DNA of 52,763 nt from Fidelibacterota bacterium. GTDB lineage: Bacteria; Fidelibacterota; Marinisomatia; Marinisomatales; Marinisomataceae. Position 1 is the stretch's first letter. Each line of letters begins with the position of its first letter. Below, piece by piece: positions 1 through 10,536 of this stretch. Under the pieces are notes generated by a model. The model had not been told where the DNA came from. It saw only the letters and a program-made list of their open reading frames with translations, and ran no database searches. The DNA is taken from positions 1 to 52,763 of the forward strand of contig JABHGE010000031.1 in assembly GCA_018672235.1 (NCBI GenBank), read 5' to 3'. The translations under genes were made by a program, and so were the position numbers.

Positions 1-173
1 GCAATAATAATCCAAAAAAATCCAGATAAGATAATAATTTCATTTAATTCTGATGGTGGAAATGAAAAAACTGAGAGCATTAAACATGATAAAGAAAAAA
101 ATGTCATATAGAAGAGATTGTTTGATGACTTCATCTCTAGAAGAAATTCATTTTTAATTAAATTCATTAGCAT
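1..173 (-). CDS. ccmB: Heme exporter membrane subunit CcmB, N-terminal part (runs off the window start)
   Basis: Manual translation from ATG 173: MLMNLIKNEFLLEMKSSNNLFYMTFFSLSCLMLSVFSFPPSELNEIIILSGFFWIII. Hydrophobic CcmB-like N-terminus; start overlaps the ccmA end. Not in ORF track. Confidence 0.75.
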   Translation of the reverse strand, partial: MLMNLIKNEFLLEMKSSNNLFYMTFFSLSCLMLSVFSFPPSELNEIIILSGFFWIII

Positions 174-769
174 CGAAGGACTCCTCCTTCTTTTATCTTT
201 ATAGATTCATCACAAATATCTGATATATAATTAAAATTATGTGTTGAAAAAATAATAGTTTTATTTTTTGACTTTAAATCTATAAAAATATCTTTAAAAA
301 CAGCTTGAGCATTATCGTCGAGATTGGTAAAAGGCTCATCTATTAATAAGTAATCCCATGATAAATTTAATGCAATAAAAAGCTTATTTCTTTGGAGATT
401 TCCTCTAGAAAAATACTTCAAAGGCAGATTTTCTAGATCTTTCAAACCAAGTAAATGCAAATATTGATTATAAATGTCGATATTTAAATTCTGATTATAG
501 GAACGTAAAATGCATTTAAGATTATTTAATATAGTTAAATCGCTAAAAATATTTGCTTTATCATTCAAGAATAAAAAATCAGACCCGTTATAGTTAATAT
601 TTCCAGAATCAATATTCATAATATTAGATATACATTTTAAAAAAGTTGTTTTACCTGATCCATTTTTTCCTAGCAAAGCAACTAACTTACCTAAATCTAC
701 TGTATATGATATATCATCTAATACCTTAGTATCAGAAAATGATTTACTGAGATTTGTTATTTGTAACAT
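167..769 (-). CDS. ccmA: ABC ATPase, heme exporter CcmA
   Basis: Walker A GKNGSGKT, signature FSRGNLQR, Walker B LLIDEP, H-loop STH; 200 aa; located in the ccm cluster. Confidence 0.85.
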   Translation of the reverse strand: MLQITNLSKSFSDTKVLDDISYTVDLGKLVALLGKNGSGKTTFLKCISNIMNIDSGNINYNGSDFLFLNDKANIFSDLTILNNLKCILRSYNQNLNIDIYNQYLHLLGLKDLENLPLKYFSRGNLQRNKLFIALNLSWDYLLIDEPFTNLDDNAQAVFKDIFIDLKSKNKTIIFSTHNFNYISDICDESIKIKEGGVLRC

Positions 770-858
770 TATTTAATTTTTTTTAGCAAAGGATAAAACA
801 CAAATAAAACTACCATAACATATAATGCAAAAATAAAAAATTGGTTAAACGACTCCAT
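769..858 (-). CDS. 29-aa single-transmembrane peptide between ccmF and ccmA
   Basis: MESFNQFFIFALYVMVVLFVFYPLLKKIK. AGGAG shortly upstream of ATG 858; TAATG stop/start overlap with ccmA; fills the whole gap. Confidence 0.65.
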   Translation of the reverse strand: MESFNQFFIFALYVMVVLFVFYPLLKKIK

Positions 859-2827
859 AGCTTCTCCTTTTAGATGGCCAAAAAGCGAATAAAGAACCAA
901 GTACCATCATGATACCTCCAACCCATACCCAATTCACTAAAGGGTTAATCATAATCTTAAAGTATCCTTGATTTTTTTCTGCATCATAAGCAGAAAATAT
1001 TGAGTATATATCCTTTCTCATAGTACTGTAGATATCAAGCTCACTATGAGGCTGACGCTTCTCAGGGTCTGGATTCCAATAAAAATAAATTCTTTTTTCG
1101 GGGCGCAGATTAGTTAATAGATTATTTCTTTGATCTATAACATCCATATCGCTAATAAATGCATAATGATCGTCTCGAGCTTCACTTTTAATACTATTGA
1201 GCTTAAAGATATAGCTTGCAAAATAGATTTCCTCTCCAGGCGATAGGTTAAATTCTTTTTCTACTTCAAATGCTCTCCCAATAAAACCTACAAAAAGAAG
1301 TGTGATTCCGATATGAACAATATATCCCCCATTTTTATGCCTATTATTGAATAGCATATTTACAATAGCAGTTGGAACAGATTTATTGTCACTTTTAGAT
1401 TTTTTATACGACTTTCTGAATTCATTCATTATAGATGTAATCGTAAATGCTATACCCATGCATGTTACTAAGGGATATAGTTGAAATGGTCCAAAAAATA
1501 TAGAATATATAACTCCAGAAAAAAAACTCATCAACATTGGAATTTTAAAATTTGACAATAAAGTGGATCTTGAAGTTGTTTTCCATGACAATAATGGACC
1601 AATTCCCATTAGGAATAATAACACCAACCCAATAGGAACATTTAGTTGATTAAAATAAGTCGCTCCTACGTAAATTTTTTCTCCATTCCATGCTTCCGAA
1701 AGAATGGGAAACAATGTGCCCCACAAAACAATAAAACACATTAGAAGTAAAATGAGATTATTATATAAGAATCCACCCTCCCTTGATGTAAAAGAGTCAA
1801 TCTTATTATCAGATTTCAATGTGTCGAATCGCTTAACAAACCAGTAGCCAGTAAATAAAATTAAACTTGATAGAAAGGCAAGAAATAGTGGACCTAAATT
1901 TTCAGCAGTAAATGAATGAACGGAAGATACTATTCCACTTCTAGTAATAAATGTACCTAAAATAACTAATAGAAAAGTCGATGATGCTAATAGAATATTC
2001 CAAGATTTTAACATACCTCTTTTTTCTTGTATCATAGATGAATGAATGAATGCAGTAAGTATCAGCCAAGGCATTAGAGAAGAATTTTCTACTGGATCCC
2101 ATGCCCAATATCCGCCCCAACCTAATTCATTATATGCCCAATATCCGCCTAAAATGATGCCTCCTGATAAGAAAGTCCAAACAATCAATGACCAACGCCT
2201 AATAGATTGAATCCATTCAAAATTAAGCGATTTAGATATCAAACCGGATAAAGCCATAACGAATAGGATCGTTGTTCCAATAAAACCCAAATAAAGAGTT
2301 GGTGGATGAATAGCCATTGTAACATTTTGTAATAATGGATTTAAACCATTTCCATTTTGTACAATAATATCAGATGATACTGGCTGAAAGGGATTTGCTA
2401 TAAAATTTGATAAAAGTAAAAAAAATCCAAATATAAAAGAAAGCATAATATAAGATGAATACTTTAATGCAGGCATCTTCTTCAAAGTGACATTAATATA
2501 AATTAATGAATATATAGACATAATGAATGTCCAGAAAAGCAATGAGCCAGCTTGCCCTGCCCATAAAGCAGTAACTTTAAAAAATAATGGAGTTTCATAA
2601 CTTGTATATTGAGATACATATTGCAAATTAAAATTGCTAATTAATAATTCATTGAGCAGGCAAAGAGTAGCTAGTATAACACAAAAACATACTGCTATTA
2701 ACCCTCTTTCAGACACATTTAGAAAAGTTTTATCTTTTTTAATATAATAGTAAAATAGAAAGAAGAAGTTTGATAATATTAATCCGCCACTTATACTGAG
2801 CGCTAAACTTCCAATTTGAGAAATCAT
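845..2827 (-). CDS. ccmF: Cytochrome c heme lyase CcmF
   Basis: WGGYWAWDPVEN motif, LNPLLQN..IHPP, TRSG..SVHSF, many TM segments; 660 aa. Confidence 0.95.
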   Translation of the reverse strand: MISQIGSLALSISGGLILSNFFFLFYYYIKKDKTFLNVSERGLIAVCFCVILATLCLLNELLISNFNLQYVSQYTSYETPLFFKVTALWAGQAGSLLFWTFIMSIYSLIYINVTLKKMPALKYSSYIMLSFIFGFFLLLSNFIANPFQPVSSDIIVQNGNGLNPLLQNVTMAIHPPTLYLGFIGTTILFVMALSGLISKSLNFEWIQSIRRWSLIVWTFLSGGIILGGYWAYNELGWGGYWAWDPVENSSLMPWLILTAFIHSSMIQEKRGMLKSWNILLASSTFLLVILGTFITRSGIVSSVHSFTAENLGPLFLAFLSSLILFTGYWFVKRFDTLKSDNKIDSFTSREGGFLYNNLILLLMCFIVLWGTLFPILSEAWNGEKIYVGATYFNQLNVPIGLVLLFLMGIGPLLSWKTTSRSTLLSNFKIPMLMSFFSGVIYSIFFGPFQLYPLVTCMGIAFTITSIMNEFRKSYKKSKSDNKSVPTAIVNMLFNNRHKNGGYIVHIGITLLFVGFIGRAFEVEKEFNLSPGEEIYFASYIFKLNSIKSEARDDHYAFISDMDVIDQRNNLLTNLRPEKRIYFYWNPDPEKRQPHSELDIYSTMRKDIYSIFSAYDAEKNQGYFKIMINPLVNWVWVGGIMMVLGSLFAFWPSKRRSYGVV

Positions 2828-3237
2828 TATATTTTTTCTATATTTTTTAAATCGCCTTCATAACGTGAAGCGCATTTAGTTTGAAGTTCTGTAGCAATAA
2901 TCGAATTATCATCAAAGGCACCAGCAACTACAACCTCTGCATCATCTCTAAATAAATCTGGTCTAATACCGTAATAATAAACTTTTAAGCTATCGCTTCC
3001 TTGGTACACATAAAATGACACTTTTAGTTGATCTGTATCATTAATAATGATTGAATCTGGCTTAATAAGCCCTCCAACCTTAACCTTAGTAATAGAAGCT
3101 TCTTTATTCGAGAGCTCCTCTATTGTATAGTAACGAACTGTTAAGCTATTAGTATCATTTTCTACATTAGTAAGGTATATAGTCCATACGACAATTAAGA
3201 TAAAAACTAGAATCAGTGATGTGTAAATTTTATTCAT
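2827..3237 (-). CDS. ccmE: Heme chaperone CcmE, CxxxY variant
   Basis: N-terminal TM, PDLFR..EVVVAG, C-terminal KCASRY in place of HxxxY. Confidence 0.9.
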   Translation of the reverse strand: MNKIYTSLILVFILIVVWTIYLTNVENDTNSLTVRYYTIEELSNKEASITKVKVGGLIKPDSIIINDTDQLKVSFYVYQGSDSLKVYYYGIRPDLFRDDAEVVVAGAFDDNSIIATELQTKCASRYEGDLKNIEKI

Positions 3238-3240
3238 AAT

Positions 3241-4839
3241 TTAAATTCCAAAAGATTCTTCCCATTCCCCATATACGCTTTTCATTAGTTCAACAATTTC
3301 TCCGACAGTGCCTCCATGCTCAGCTACTTCAACTAAACAAGGGACTAAATTTAAATTATTTTCACAAGCATTTCTTAATTTTTTCATTTTTTTATTTAGT
3401 AGTGCGTTATCTCTTTTTTCTCTCAATCTTTTAATTTTTTCTTCTTGAATATCTTGAGCTTCTTGAGATATTTTTAAAATTTCAATTTCAAGTTTTTCGT
3501 CCTTATCAATAAAATCATTCAATCCAACAATTATTCTTTCATTTGAATCGATTGATTCTTGATAGATTGATGCAGATTCACCAATTTTCTTTTGAAAATA
3601 ACCATCTTCAATGGCTGTAACTGTACCACCAAGATTCTTTATTGCCTTAAAGTATTCATTTGCTTCATCTTCAATTCTATCAGTTATTTCTTCTACATAC
3701 CATGATCCTCCCAATGGATCGGCTACATTAGGTACGCCTGTTTCATGTGCAAGAATTTGTTGAGTTCTTAATGCTATTTTTGCTGCTTTTTCTGATGGAA
3801 GTGCCAATGTTTCATCAAGTGAATTTGTATGAAGAGAATTTGTTCCGCCTAATACTGCAGACATCGCTTCATATGCAGTTCTCACAATATTATTTTCTGG
3901 TTGTTGGGCAGTCAAAGAACATCCGGCTGTCTGTGTATGAAACTTTAACTTCAATGAATTTTCACTTTTTGCGCCATACTCATTTTTTAATTTATGAGCC
4001 CAAATTCTTCTTGCTGCTCTATATTTACCTATTTCTTCAAAGAAATCCATATGAGAGTTAAAAAAGAATGATAGTCTAGGAGCAAAGTCGTCAATTTTTA
4101 GACCTCTTTCTAGAGCAGCTTCTATATAGGTAAATCCACTGTTTAATGTAAATGCTAATTCTTGGGCAGCAGTCGATCCAGCTTCTCTTATATGATAACC
4201 GCTTATTGATACAGGACTATAAAGTGGCATATTCTCTGAACAAAACTCAATAACATCAACTACCAATTTTATTGAAGGTTTCGGAGGAAAAATAAATTCT
4301 TTTTGTGCTATATATTCTTTTACAGCATCATTTTGCAATGTTCCTCTTAAAGAGCTAATATCAATTCCATTTTTCTTTGCTAGTGCTACATAGAAAGCAA
4401 ACAATATAATTGCAGGACCGTTAATAGTTTGAGATACAGAAATTTTTTCTAAGTCTATACCTTCAAATAAAGTTTCCATATCATCTAAAGAAGCAACATT
4501 AACACCACAAACACCTACTTCGCCAGATGATAGCTCATGATCAGGATCATACCCCATAAGCGTTGGCATATCATAAGCAACGGAAAGTCCAGTCTGACCA
4601 TTATTTAATAAGTATTTATATCTCTCATTTGTTTTTTCTGGAGTACTAAAACCCGAAAATTGTCTCATAGTCCACAATTTTCCTCTATACATATTTTTAT
4701 GAATTCCTCGAGTATATGGAAAAGTGCCTGGATCTATATTATATTTATCACTTTTTTTATCAGATGAATAATATTCTTTCAGCTTGTTACCGCTGAGACT
4801 GTTAAAATTTTTTTCTCTATTTGGTATTTTTTTACTCAT
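3241..4839 (-). CDS. icmA: B12-dependent acyl-CoA mutase large subunit, isobutyryl-CoA mutase (IcmA)-type
   Basis: PYTRG, WTMRQFSGF, KEYIAQKE, SGYHIREAG, GGTNSLHTN, ADPLGGSW; no B12-binding domain. Start moved to ATG 4839 to avoid overlap with dxs (track gives 4875). Confidence 0.8.
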   Translation of the reverse strand: MSKKIPNREKNFNSLSGNKLKEYYSSDKKSDKYNIDPGTFPYTRGIHKNMYRGKLWTMRQFSGFSTPEKTNERYKYLLNNGQTGLSVAYDMPTLMGYDPDHELSSGEVGVCGVNVASLDDMETLFEGIDLEKISVSQTINGPAIILFAFYVALAKKNGIDISSLRGTLQNDAVKEYIAQKEFIFPPKPSIKLVVDVIEFCSENMPLYSPVSISGYHIREAGSTAAQELAFTLNSGFTYIEAALERGLKIDDFAPRLSFFFNSHMDFFEEIGKYRAARRIWAHKLKNEYGAKSENSLKLKFHTQTAGCSLTAQQPENNIVRTAYEAMSAVLGGTNSLHTNSLDETLALPSEKAAKIALRTQQILAHETGVPNVADPLGGSWYVEEITDRIEDEANEYFKAIKNLGGTVTAIEDGYFQKKIGESASIYQESIDSNERIIVGLNDFIDKDEKLEIEILKISQEAQDIQEEKIKRLREKRDNALLNKKMKKLRNACENNLNLVPCLVEVAEHGGTVGEIVELMKSVYGEWEESFGI

Positions 4840-4846
4840 TTTCTTA

Positions 4847-6709
4847 TCATTTAATAAATTGAATAATTTTTTCATATAAAGAAGAACTATCTAAGCCTAC
4901 CTCTTCTAATAGTACATTTCTTGGACCGTGATCTACAAAATCATTGGGTAAACCAATATTTAAAATTTCGTTTTTCAAATTTTTACCAGAGGACCAGGCT
5001 GTAACACCCTCTCCAAATCCCCCATCCAAAACACCTTCTTCAATAGTCACAATCTTAGAAAATCTTGAAAGATTATTATTTAAGTATTCTAAGTCCATTG
5101 GTTTAATAAATCTACAATTAATGACTTCAGCTTGAATATTTTTTTCTTTTAACCTTTCTACGATATCAGTACTTCTGCTAACCATAGATCCAACTGCTAA
5201 AATTAAAACATCTTGACCTGTAGTCATGACCTCCCAAGAACCAATTTCTATAAGATTAGGGTCTTTATTATCAAAATTTATTGATGACTCTTTTGGATAT
5301 CTGATACTGAAAGGTCCGCTACTGTAATTAGTAGCTGTTAATAATAAATCCTGTAACTCATTACCATCTCTTGGTGCAGTAACAATCATTCCTTGAATAC
5401 ATCTCATGTAAGCAATATCTAATACTCCATGGTGTGTCGCACCATCTTCTCCTACTAAGCCAGATCTATCTAAACAAAAAATTACTGGTAATTTTTGTAG
5501 GGCAATATCATGAATAATTTGATCATAGGCTCTCTGTAAAAATGTAGAATAAATTGCTACTATTGGAATTTTTCCGTTTACTGCTAATCCACCAGAAAAT
5601 GTTACTGCATGTGCCTCCGCTATCCCAACATCAAAATATCTATCGGGAAAATCATTTGCAAAATTAACTAGACCTGTACCTTCGCTCATGGCAGCTGTAA
5701 TGGCAACAATATTTTTATTATTTTTTGCTAAATTACAAGATGTGTCTCCAAAGATATTTTGGAAAATAGGCACTTCTTTAGCCTGATTAACAGGGACTGG
5801 TTCTTTTTTTTCTTTTACTCCATGATACTTAATTGGATCATTTTCTGCGTAATCGAGTCCTTTACCTTTCTTTGTAATTGTATGAAGTACTACTGGAGTG
5901 TCTAAATTTTTAATATTATCTAATATATCAACTAGTTCATTGATATTATGTCCATCAACAGGACCAAAATATCTAAAACCTAGATCTTCAAATATGGTTG
6001 TAGGGAAAAAGAAATTTTTTGCACTTGATTCAGATTTTTTAAGCAAGGATTGAATAAATCTAAAATTTTTAGGTAGTCTTAGGATTAATCTTCCAATTGT
6101 ACTTCTTATATAGTTGTAAGATTTATTAGTAGTAATCTTAACCAGATAATTTCTAAATGCTCCTATATTAGGACTAATTGACATATCATTATCGTTTACA
6201 ACAACCAACAACTGTTTCTTGAGATGGCCCGCATTATTAAGTGCTTCAAATGCAAGCCCGCCACTTAAAGCTCCATCTCCTATAATACTTACTACTTTAA
6301 AATCTTCATTATCTAAATCTCTAGCACATGCTATTCCCAAGCCAGCAGAAATAGAGGTTGATGCATGTCCTGCTCCAAATACATCATATTCACTCTCTGT
6401 TCTCTTTAAAAATCCGCTCAATCCTTTATATTTTCTAATAGTAGGTAGAGAATCAAATCTTCCTGTTAAAACTTTATGTGCATATGCCTGATGGCCAGTA
6501 TCCCAAATTAGTTTATCTTTTGGTGTATTGTAGACATAATGCAGAGCTGTCGTTAATTCTATTGTACCTAAAGTTGGAGCTAAATGACCACCAATTTCAC
6601 TAATAGTTGATACAATATATTCTCTCAATTCATCACAGATAATTGTTAGGTCTTCTTTCGAATAAGACCTTAAGTCTTCCGGTGATTTAATATTATTTAA
6701 ATATTTCAT
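4847..6709 (-). CDS. dxs: 1-deoxy-D-xylulose-5-phosphate synthase
   Basis: GGHLAPTLG, WDTGHQAYAHK, TPP motif GDGALSGG..NDN, DRSGLVGEDGATH. Confidence 0.97.
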   Translation of the reverse strand: MKYLNNIKSPEDLRSYSKEDLTIICDELREYIVSTISEIGGHLAPTLGTIELTTALHYVYNTPKDKLIWDTGHQAYAHKVLTGRFDSLPTIRKYKGLSGFLKRTESEYDVFGAGHASTSISAGLGIACARDLDNEDFKVVSIIGDGALSGGLAFEALNNAGHLKKQLLVVVNDNDMSISPNIGAFRNYLVKITTNKSYNYIRSTIGRLILRLPKNFRFIQSLLKKSESSAKNFFFPTTIFEDLGFRYFGPVDGHNINELVDILDNIKNLDTPVVLHTITKKGKGLDYAENDPIKYHGVKEKKEPVPVNQAKEVPIFQNIFGDTSCNLAKNNKNIVAITAAMSEGTGLVNFANDFPDRYFDVGIAEAHAVTFSGGLAVNGKIPIVAIYSTFLQRAYDQIIHDIALQKLPVIFCLDRSGLVGEDGATHHGVLDIAYMRCIQGMIVTAPRDGNELQDLLLTATNYSSGPFSIRYPKESSINFDNKDPNLIEIGSWEVMTTGQDVLILAVGSMVSRSTDIVERLKEKNIQAEVINCRFIKPMDLEYLNNNLSRFSKIVTIEEGVLDGGFGEGVTAWSSGKNLKNEILNIGLPNDFVDHGPRNVLLEEVGLDSSSLYEKIIQFIK

Positions 6710-6711
6710 AG

Positions 6712-7275
6712 TTAGCCCTTAAAGCACAATTCATGTAAAAGTATTTCATTCTGTAATTCAGGATGACACGTAACTGCTATATGCATACCTTTTTTTACAC
6801 CAACAATCTCACTATTGTGCTTACATAATATTTCAACATCTTCTCCTAAATTAGTAATTTTAGGAGCCCTAATAAATGATGCTCTGATTGATAAAGGTTG
6901 GCTATTTTTATATTCTACATTGATTAAATCGTCAAAAGAATGAACCTGCCTACCATACGCATTTCTGTTTACTTCGATATCAATAATATTCATGTTTAAT
7001 ACTTTTTTGTCAAAACTATTCTTTGCCATAAGAATTAAACCGGCACAAGTGCCAAGGATTGGTTTATTATCAGAAAATAATTTTATTCCATCAATAAAAC
7101 TTTGATCTCTAAATAGAAGATTTGACATTGTTGTGGATTCCCCTCCAGGTAAAATCAGTCCTTGAAGACCTGATAAGTCTTCTACATTTTTAACCAGTCT
7201 AGATTCTATACCAATTGCATTCAAAATATGAATGTGTGATTGAAAGTTTCCTTGTAGAGCTAAAACTCCAACCAC
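6712..7275 (-). CDS. pdxT: PLP synthase glutaminase subunit
   Basis: GVLALQG, PGGESTT, GTCAG, RNAYGRQ, HPE. Confidence 0.95.
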   Translation of the reverse strand: MVGVLALQGNFQSHIHILNAIGIESRLVKNVEDLSGLQGLILPGGESTTMSNLLFRDQSFIDGIKLFSDNKPILGTCAGLILMAKNSFDKKVLNMNIIDIEVNRNAYGRQVHSFDDLINVEYKNSQPLSIRASFIRAPKITNLGEDVEILCKHNSEIVGVKKGMHIAVTCHPELQNEILLHELCFKG

Positions 7276-8150
7276 TACTCACCTCTTTCTGAAAACCTCT
7301 GATCTTCAGGAATATCTGACATTAACAATCCCTTCATAGCATCTTTTAAATTATAAGATGCACTCAGTACTTTCTTAGCGTCAGTAAAATGTGTAACAGA
7401 TTGGACAATAGCATGTGCACGTTCTGACGGGTCGTCACTTTTAAAAATTCCAGAACCAACAAATACTGTTTCAGCACCTAATTGCATCATTAAAGATGCA
7501 TCTGCGGGAGTTGCAATGCCCCCAGCAGCAAAATTAGGTACAGGAAGTTTACCATTCTTAGCAACTTCTTCTATAAGTGCTATCGGCACTCTAAATTCTT
7601 TTGCTTTTTCTGAATAATCCTGTCCTTGCAGAGATTTTAATTCTGAAGTAATCATTTTCATATGTCTAACTGCTTCAACAATATTACCACTACCAGCTTC
7701 TCCTTTAGTTCGAATGAGTGCTGCTCCTTCATGTATTCTTCTTAAAGCTTCGCCAAGATTACGAGCTCCACAAACAAATGGTGCTTTAAAGGGATGTTTA
7801 TCGACATGAAAGTGTTCATCAGCCATTGTTAATACTTCGCTCTCATCAATAAAATCTACTTCTAGAGCTTGTAAAATTTGAGCTTCTGCAAAATGGCCAA
7901 TTCTACATTTTGCCATTACGGGAATAGAAACATTATCTTGAATTTCTTTAATCATATGAGGGTTGCTCATTCTAGCTACACCTCCATCTTTTCTAATATC
8001 TGATGGAATTCTCTCTAATGCCATAACTGAAACAGCCCCTGCTTCTTCTGCAATTTTTGCTTGCTCAACATTGGTAACGTCCATTATAACACCACCCTTT
8101 AACATTTCAGCTAATGCAACTTTTGTTTTAAAATCGTACTCTTGACTCAT
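7275..8150 (-). CDS. pdxS: PLP synthase synthase subunit
   Basis: [39 protein letters not shown]. Confidence 0.97.
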   Translation of the reverse strand: MSQEYDFKTKVALAEMLKGGVIMDVTNVEQAKIAEEAGAVSVMALERIPSDIRKDGGVARMSNPHMIKEIQDNVSIPVMAKCRIGHFAEAQILQALEVDFIDESEVLTMADEHFHVDKHPFKAPFVCGARNLGEALRRIHEGAALIRTKGEAGSGNIVEAVRHMKMITSELKSLQGQDYSEKAKEFRVPIALIEEVAKNGKLPVPNFAAGGIATPADASLMMQLGAETVFVGSGIFKSDDPSERAHAIVQSVTHFTDAKKVLSASYNLKDAMKGLLMSDIPEDQRFSERGE

Positions 8151-9009
8151 GAATAATTTCCTTCTCTTTTGTATTTGTTAATTCTTTAACTTTTTTGATT
8201 ACTGAGCTGATAATCCAATCAGGCGTAGATGCGCCTGCAGAAATACCAACTGAATTTATACTCTTTTTAAACCAAGATGAATCAATTTCTGTAGCATTTG
8301 TAACTTGGTATGTATTTTTATTTCTTTCTAAGCTTAATTCTGTTAATCTTTTAGAATTTGCACTTGTAAATGACCCTATAATAAGTATCATATCTGTTAT
8401 AGTTGATAATTCTTTAATTTGCTGATGATTTCGCTTTGTAGGAAAACAGATAGTATTTATAAATCTCAAATCTACCACCTTAGTCATTAAAATATTAATG
8501 ATGTCTTGAACATTTTCTATTGCTTGAGTGGATTGACTTACAACTCCAGCTTTCTTTGTTTTTCTTAATTCCTGCGCTTCTTCGATAGATGCAACAATAA
8601 TAGCACCGTCAACTTGGCTCGCAATTCCTATTACTTCATCATGGCCATGATCGCCAATAATAATAATTTTTCTTCCTTCAGCATGCAATTCTTTAACCTC
8701 TCTATGTATATCATGCACCAAAGGACAGGTTGCATCGATAATATTCATTTTTTTATCTTCTGCTTTTTTCCATATATCTTTTGATGTACCGTGAGCACGA
8801 AATAGAACAGGTTTATCTTTTGGAATTTCTTCTAATTTTTCTACTACCTTTACGCCTTGTTTTTCTAAATCTTCAACTACATTTTCATTGTGAACGATAT
8901 CACCTAACATGTAGACTTCTCCATGTTCTTTACTCAAATCATATGCAGCATTTACTGCATCACGCACTCCGAAACAATAACCTGCTGACTTAGCTAATAT
9001 TATTTTCAT
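8128..9009 (-). CDS. ispH: 4-hydroxy-3-methylbut-2-enyl diphosphate reductase
   Basis: GYCFGV, DATCPLV, NTIC (three cluster Cys), SANS, SAGASTP. Confidence 0.95.
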   Translation of the reverse strand: MKIILAKSAGYCFGVRDAVNAAYDLSKEHGEVYMLGDIVHNENVVEDLEKQGVKVVEKLEEIPKDKPVLFRAHGTSKDIWKKAEDKKMNIIDATCPLVHDIHREVKELHAEGRKIIIIGDHGHDEVIGIASQVDGAIIVASIEEAQELRKTKKAGVVSQSTQAIENVQDIINILMTKVVDLRFINTICFPTKRNHQQIKELSTITDMILIIGSFTSANSKRLTELSLERNKNTYQVTNATEIDSSWFKKSINSVGISAGASTPDWIISSVIKKVKELTNTKEKEIIHESRVRF

Positions 9010-9991
9010 TGTGTTTATTTATATAAGTTGACAACATACTTAAAACATTAGATTTGACATCAGAGAATTCTCCTTCTACTAATGCTGCAGCTGCAAAAGG
9101 ATGGCCGCCGCCGCCCATTTTCTTTGCAATTTCACTTACTTTATACTTCCCTTTTGATCTAAAGCTCAATCTAACTTTTCCTTTTAAATCATAAAGCATT
9201 AAAGACACTTCTACTCCTTTAATACTTCTAAAAAAATCTGTAAATCCATCAAAATCTTGGTTAGACCCATTCACTTCTTTTACCATATCCTCGTTTAAAG
9301 AAAACCATGCTAATTCTCCATTACAATCGAAATTTAAATTTTGAATTACATTACCTAACAACTTAATACGACTCACAGAGGAGCTCTCATAAATATGTTG
9401 ATAGATTTTTGAAATTTCTAATTCCATGCTGATTGCATCAACTGCAATTTGATGGCTGATTTCCGTAGTATTACTATGTCTGAATGAACCTGTATCGGTA
9501 AGCACTGCTACATAGAGACCTAGCATAATATTTTTATCAATTAAGGTTTTATCGATATCACAAAAATATGAATATAAAATTTCTCCAACAGAACAAGCAT
9601 TCAAATTAATGAAAGCGTTTGTAAATAATTCATTGTCAGATTGAGGGTGATGATCAATACTTAAAGTTTCTATATTGTTATCTTCTATAAGGTATGCTAT
9701 ATCTCCCAAACGATAAAAATCTCCAATGTCTAATATAATTCCCAGATCAGCATTCTTAATAAATCCAACATTATCTCCATCAAGCTCATAAAAAATATTA
9801 TCTGTATTTAAAAAATTATATACTTCAGGTGTAGGAGAGTGATTTATAATTCTACAATCTTTTCCTAATTTCTTTAGATAGTGATACATTGCATAAGCTG
9901 AGCCTAAACTATCTCCATCTGGATTCATATGTGAAGATATAAAAATTTTATCTTTTCCGGCAATAATTGATTCAATTTCCTTATAATTCAT
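8990..9991 (-). CDS. nrnA: DHH/DHHA1 phosphoesterase (NrnA-like nanoRNase/pAp phosphatase)
   Basis: HMNPDGDSLGS, IDHH, TDTGSF, SFRS, GGGGHPFAA. Confidence 0.85.
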   Translation of the reverse strand: MNYKEIESIIAGKDKIFISSHMNPDGDSLGSAYAMYHYLKKLGKDCRIINHSPTPEVYNFLNTDNIFYELDGDNVGFIKNADLGIILDIGDFYRLGDIAYLIEDNNIETLSIDHHPQSDNELFTNAFINLNACSVGEILYSYFCDIDKTLIDKNIMLGLYVAVLTDTGSFRHSNTTEISHQIAVDAISMELEISKIYQHIYESSSVSRIKLLGNVIQNLNFDCNGELAWFSLNEDMVKEVNGSNQDFDGFTDFFRSIKGVEVSLMLYDLKGKVRLSFRSKGKYKVSEIAKKMGGGGHPFAAAALVEGEFSDVKSNVLSMLSTYINKHNENNIS

Positions 9992-9996
9992 AGCGA

Positions 9997-10536
9997 CTAT
10001 CTCTGCCAGGTATTTTCAGAAATATTTTTATTCTTATTATAGAATCTTGACAAGACAAATAAATAATCTGACAATCTATTTAAATACATTACAACATTAT
10101 TATTTTCTAAATTTTCTGAATACAATTCTACAACTGTTCTTTCTGCTCTTCTTGTAACCGCTCTGGCAACATGTAGATTAGCTGAAAATAAATCTCCGCC
10201 GGGTATAATAAATTCTTTAAGTGGTTCTAAGGCTTCATTATAATGATTAATATAATTATCTAGTATAGTGATAGATGTCTCTGTGATAATATTTGCCCCA
10301 TCTTGATTTAATGATATTTGACCCCCAATATCAAATAAGTCATTCTGAATAAGCTTTAATTGGTCAATAATAGGTTCGTCGTCGCAAGCGGTATTACATA
10401 CACCTATTATGCTACTCAATTCATCAATATCTCCTAAAGCATGGATAATAGCCTCATTTTTATAAACGGAACCACCTCGCGCTAAACCAGTTTTTCCACT
10501 ATCTCCATTTCTAGTGGTTACTTTCGTAATTCGCAT
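9997..10536 (-). CDS. pduO: ATP:cob(I)alamin adenosyltransferase, PduO type
   Basis: TTRNGDSGKT, GDIDEL, QNDLFDIG, RRAER, YLNRLSDYLF. Confidence 0.9.
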   Translation of the reverse strand: MRITKVTTRNGDSGKTGLARGGSVYKNEAIIHALGDIDELSSIIGVCNTACDDEPIIDQLKLIQNDLFDIGGQISLNQDGANIITETSITILDNYINHYNEALEPLKEFIIPGGDLFSANLHVARAVTRRAERTVVELYSENLENNNVVMYLNRLSDYLFVLSRFYNKNKNISENTWQR

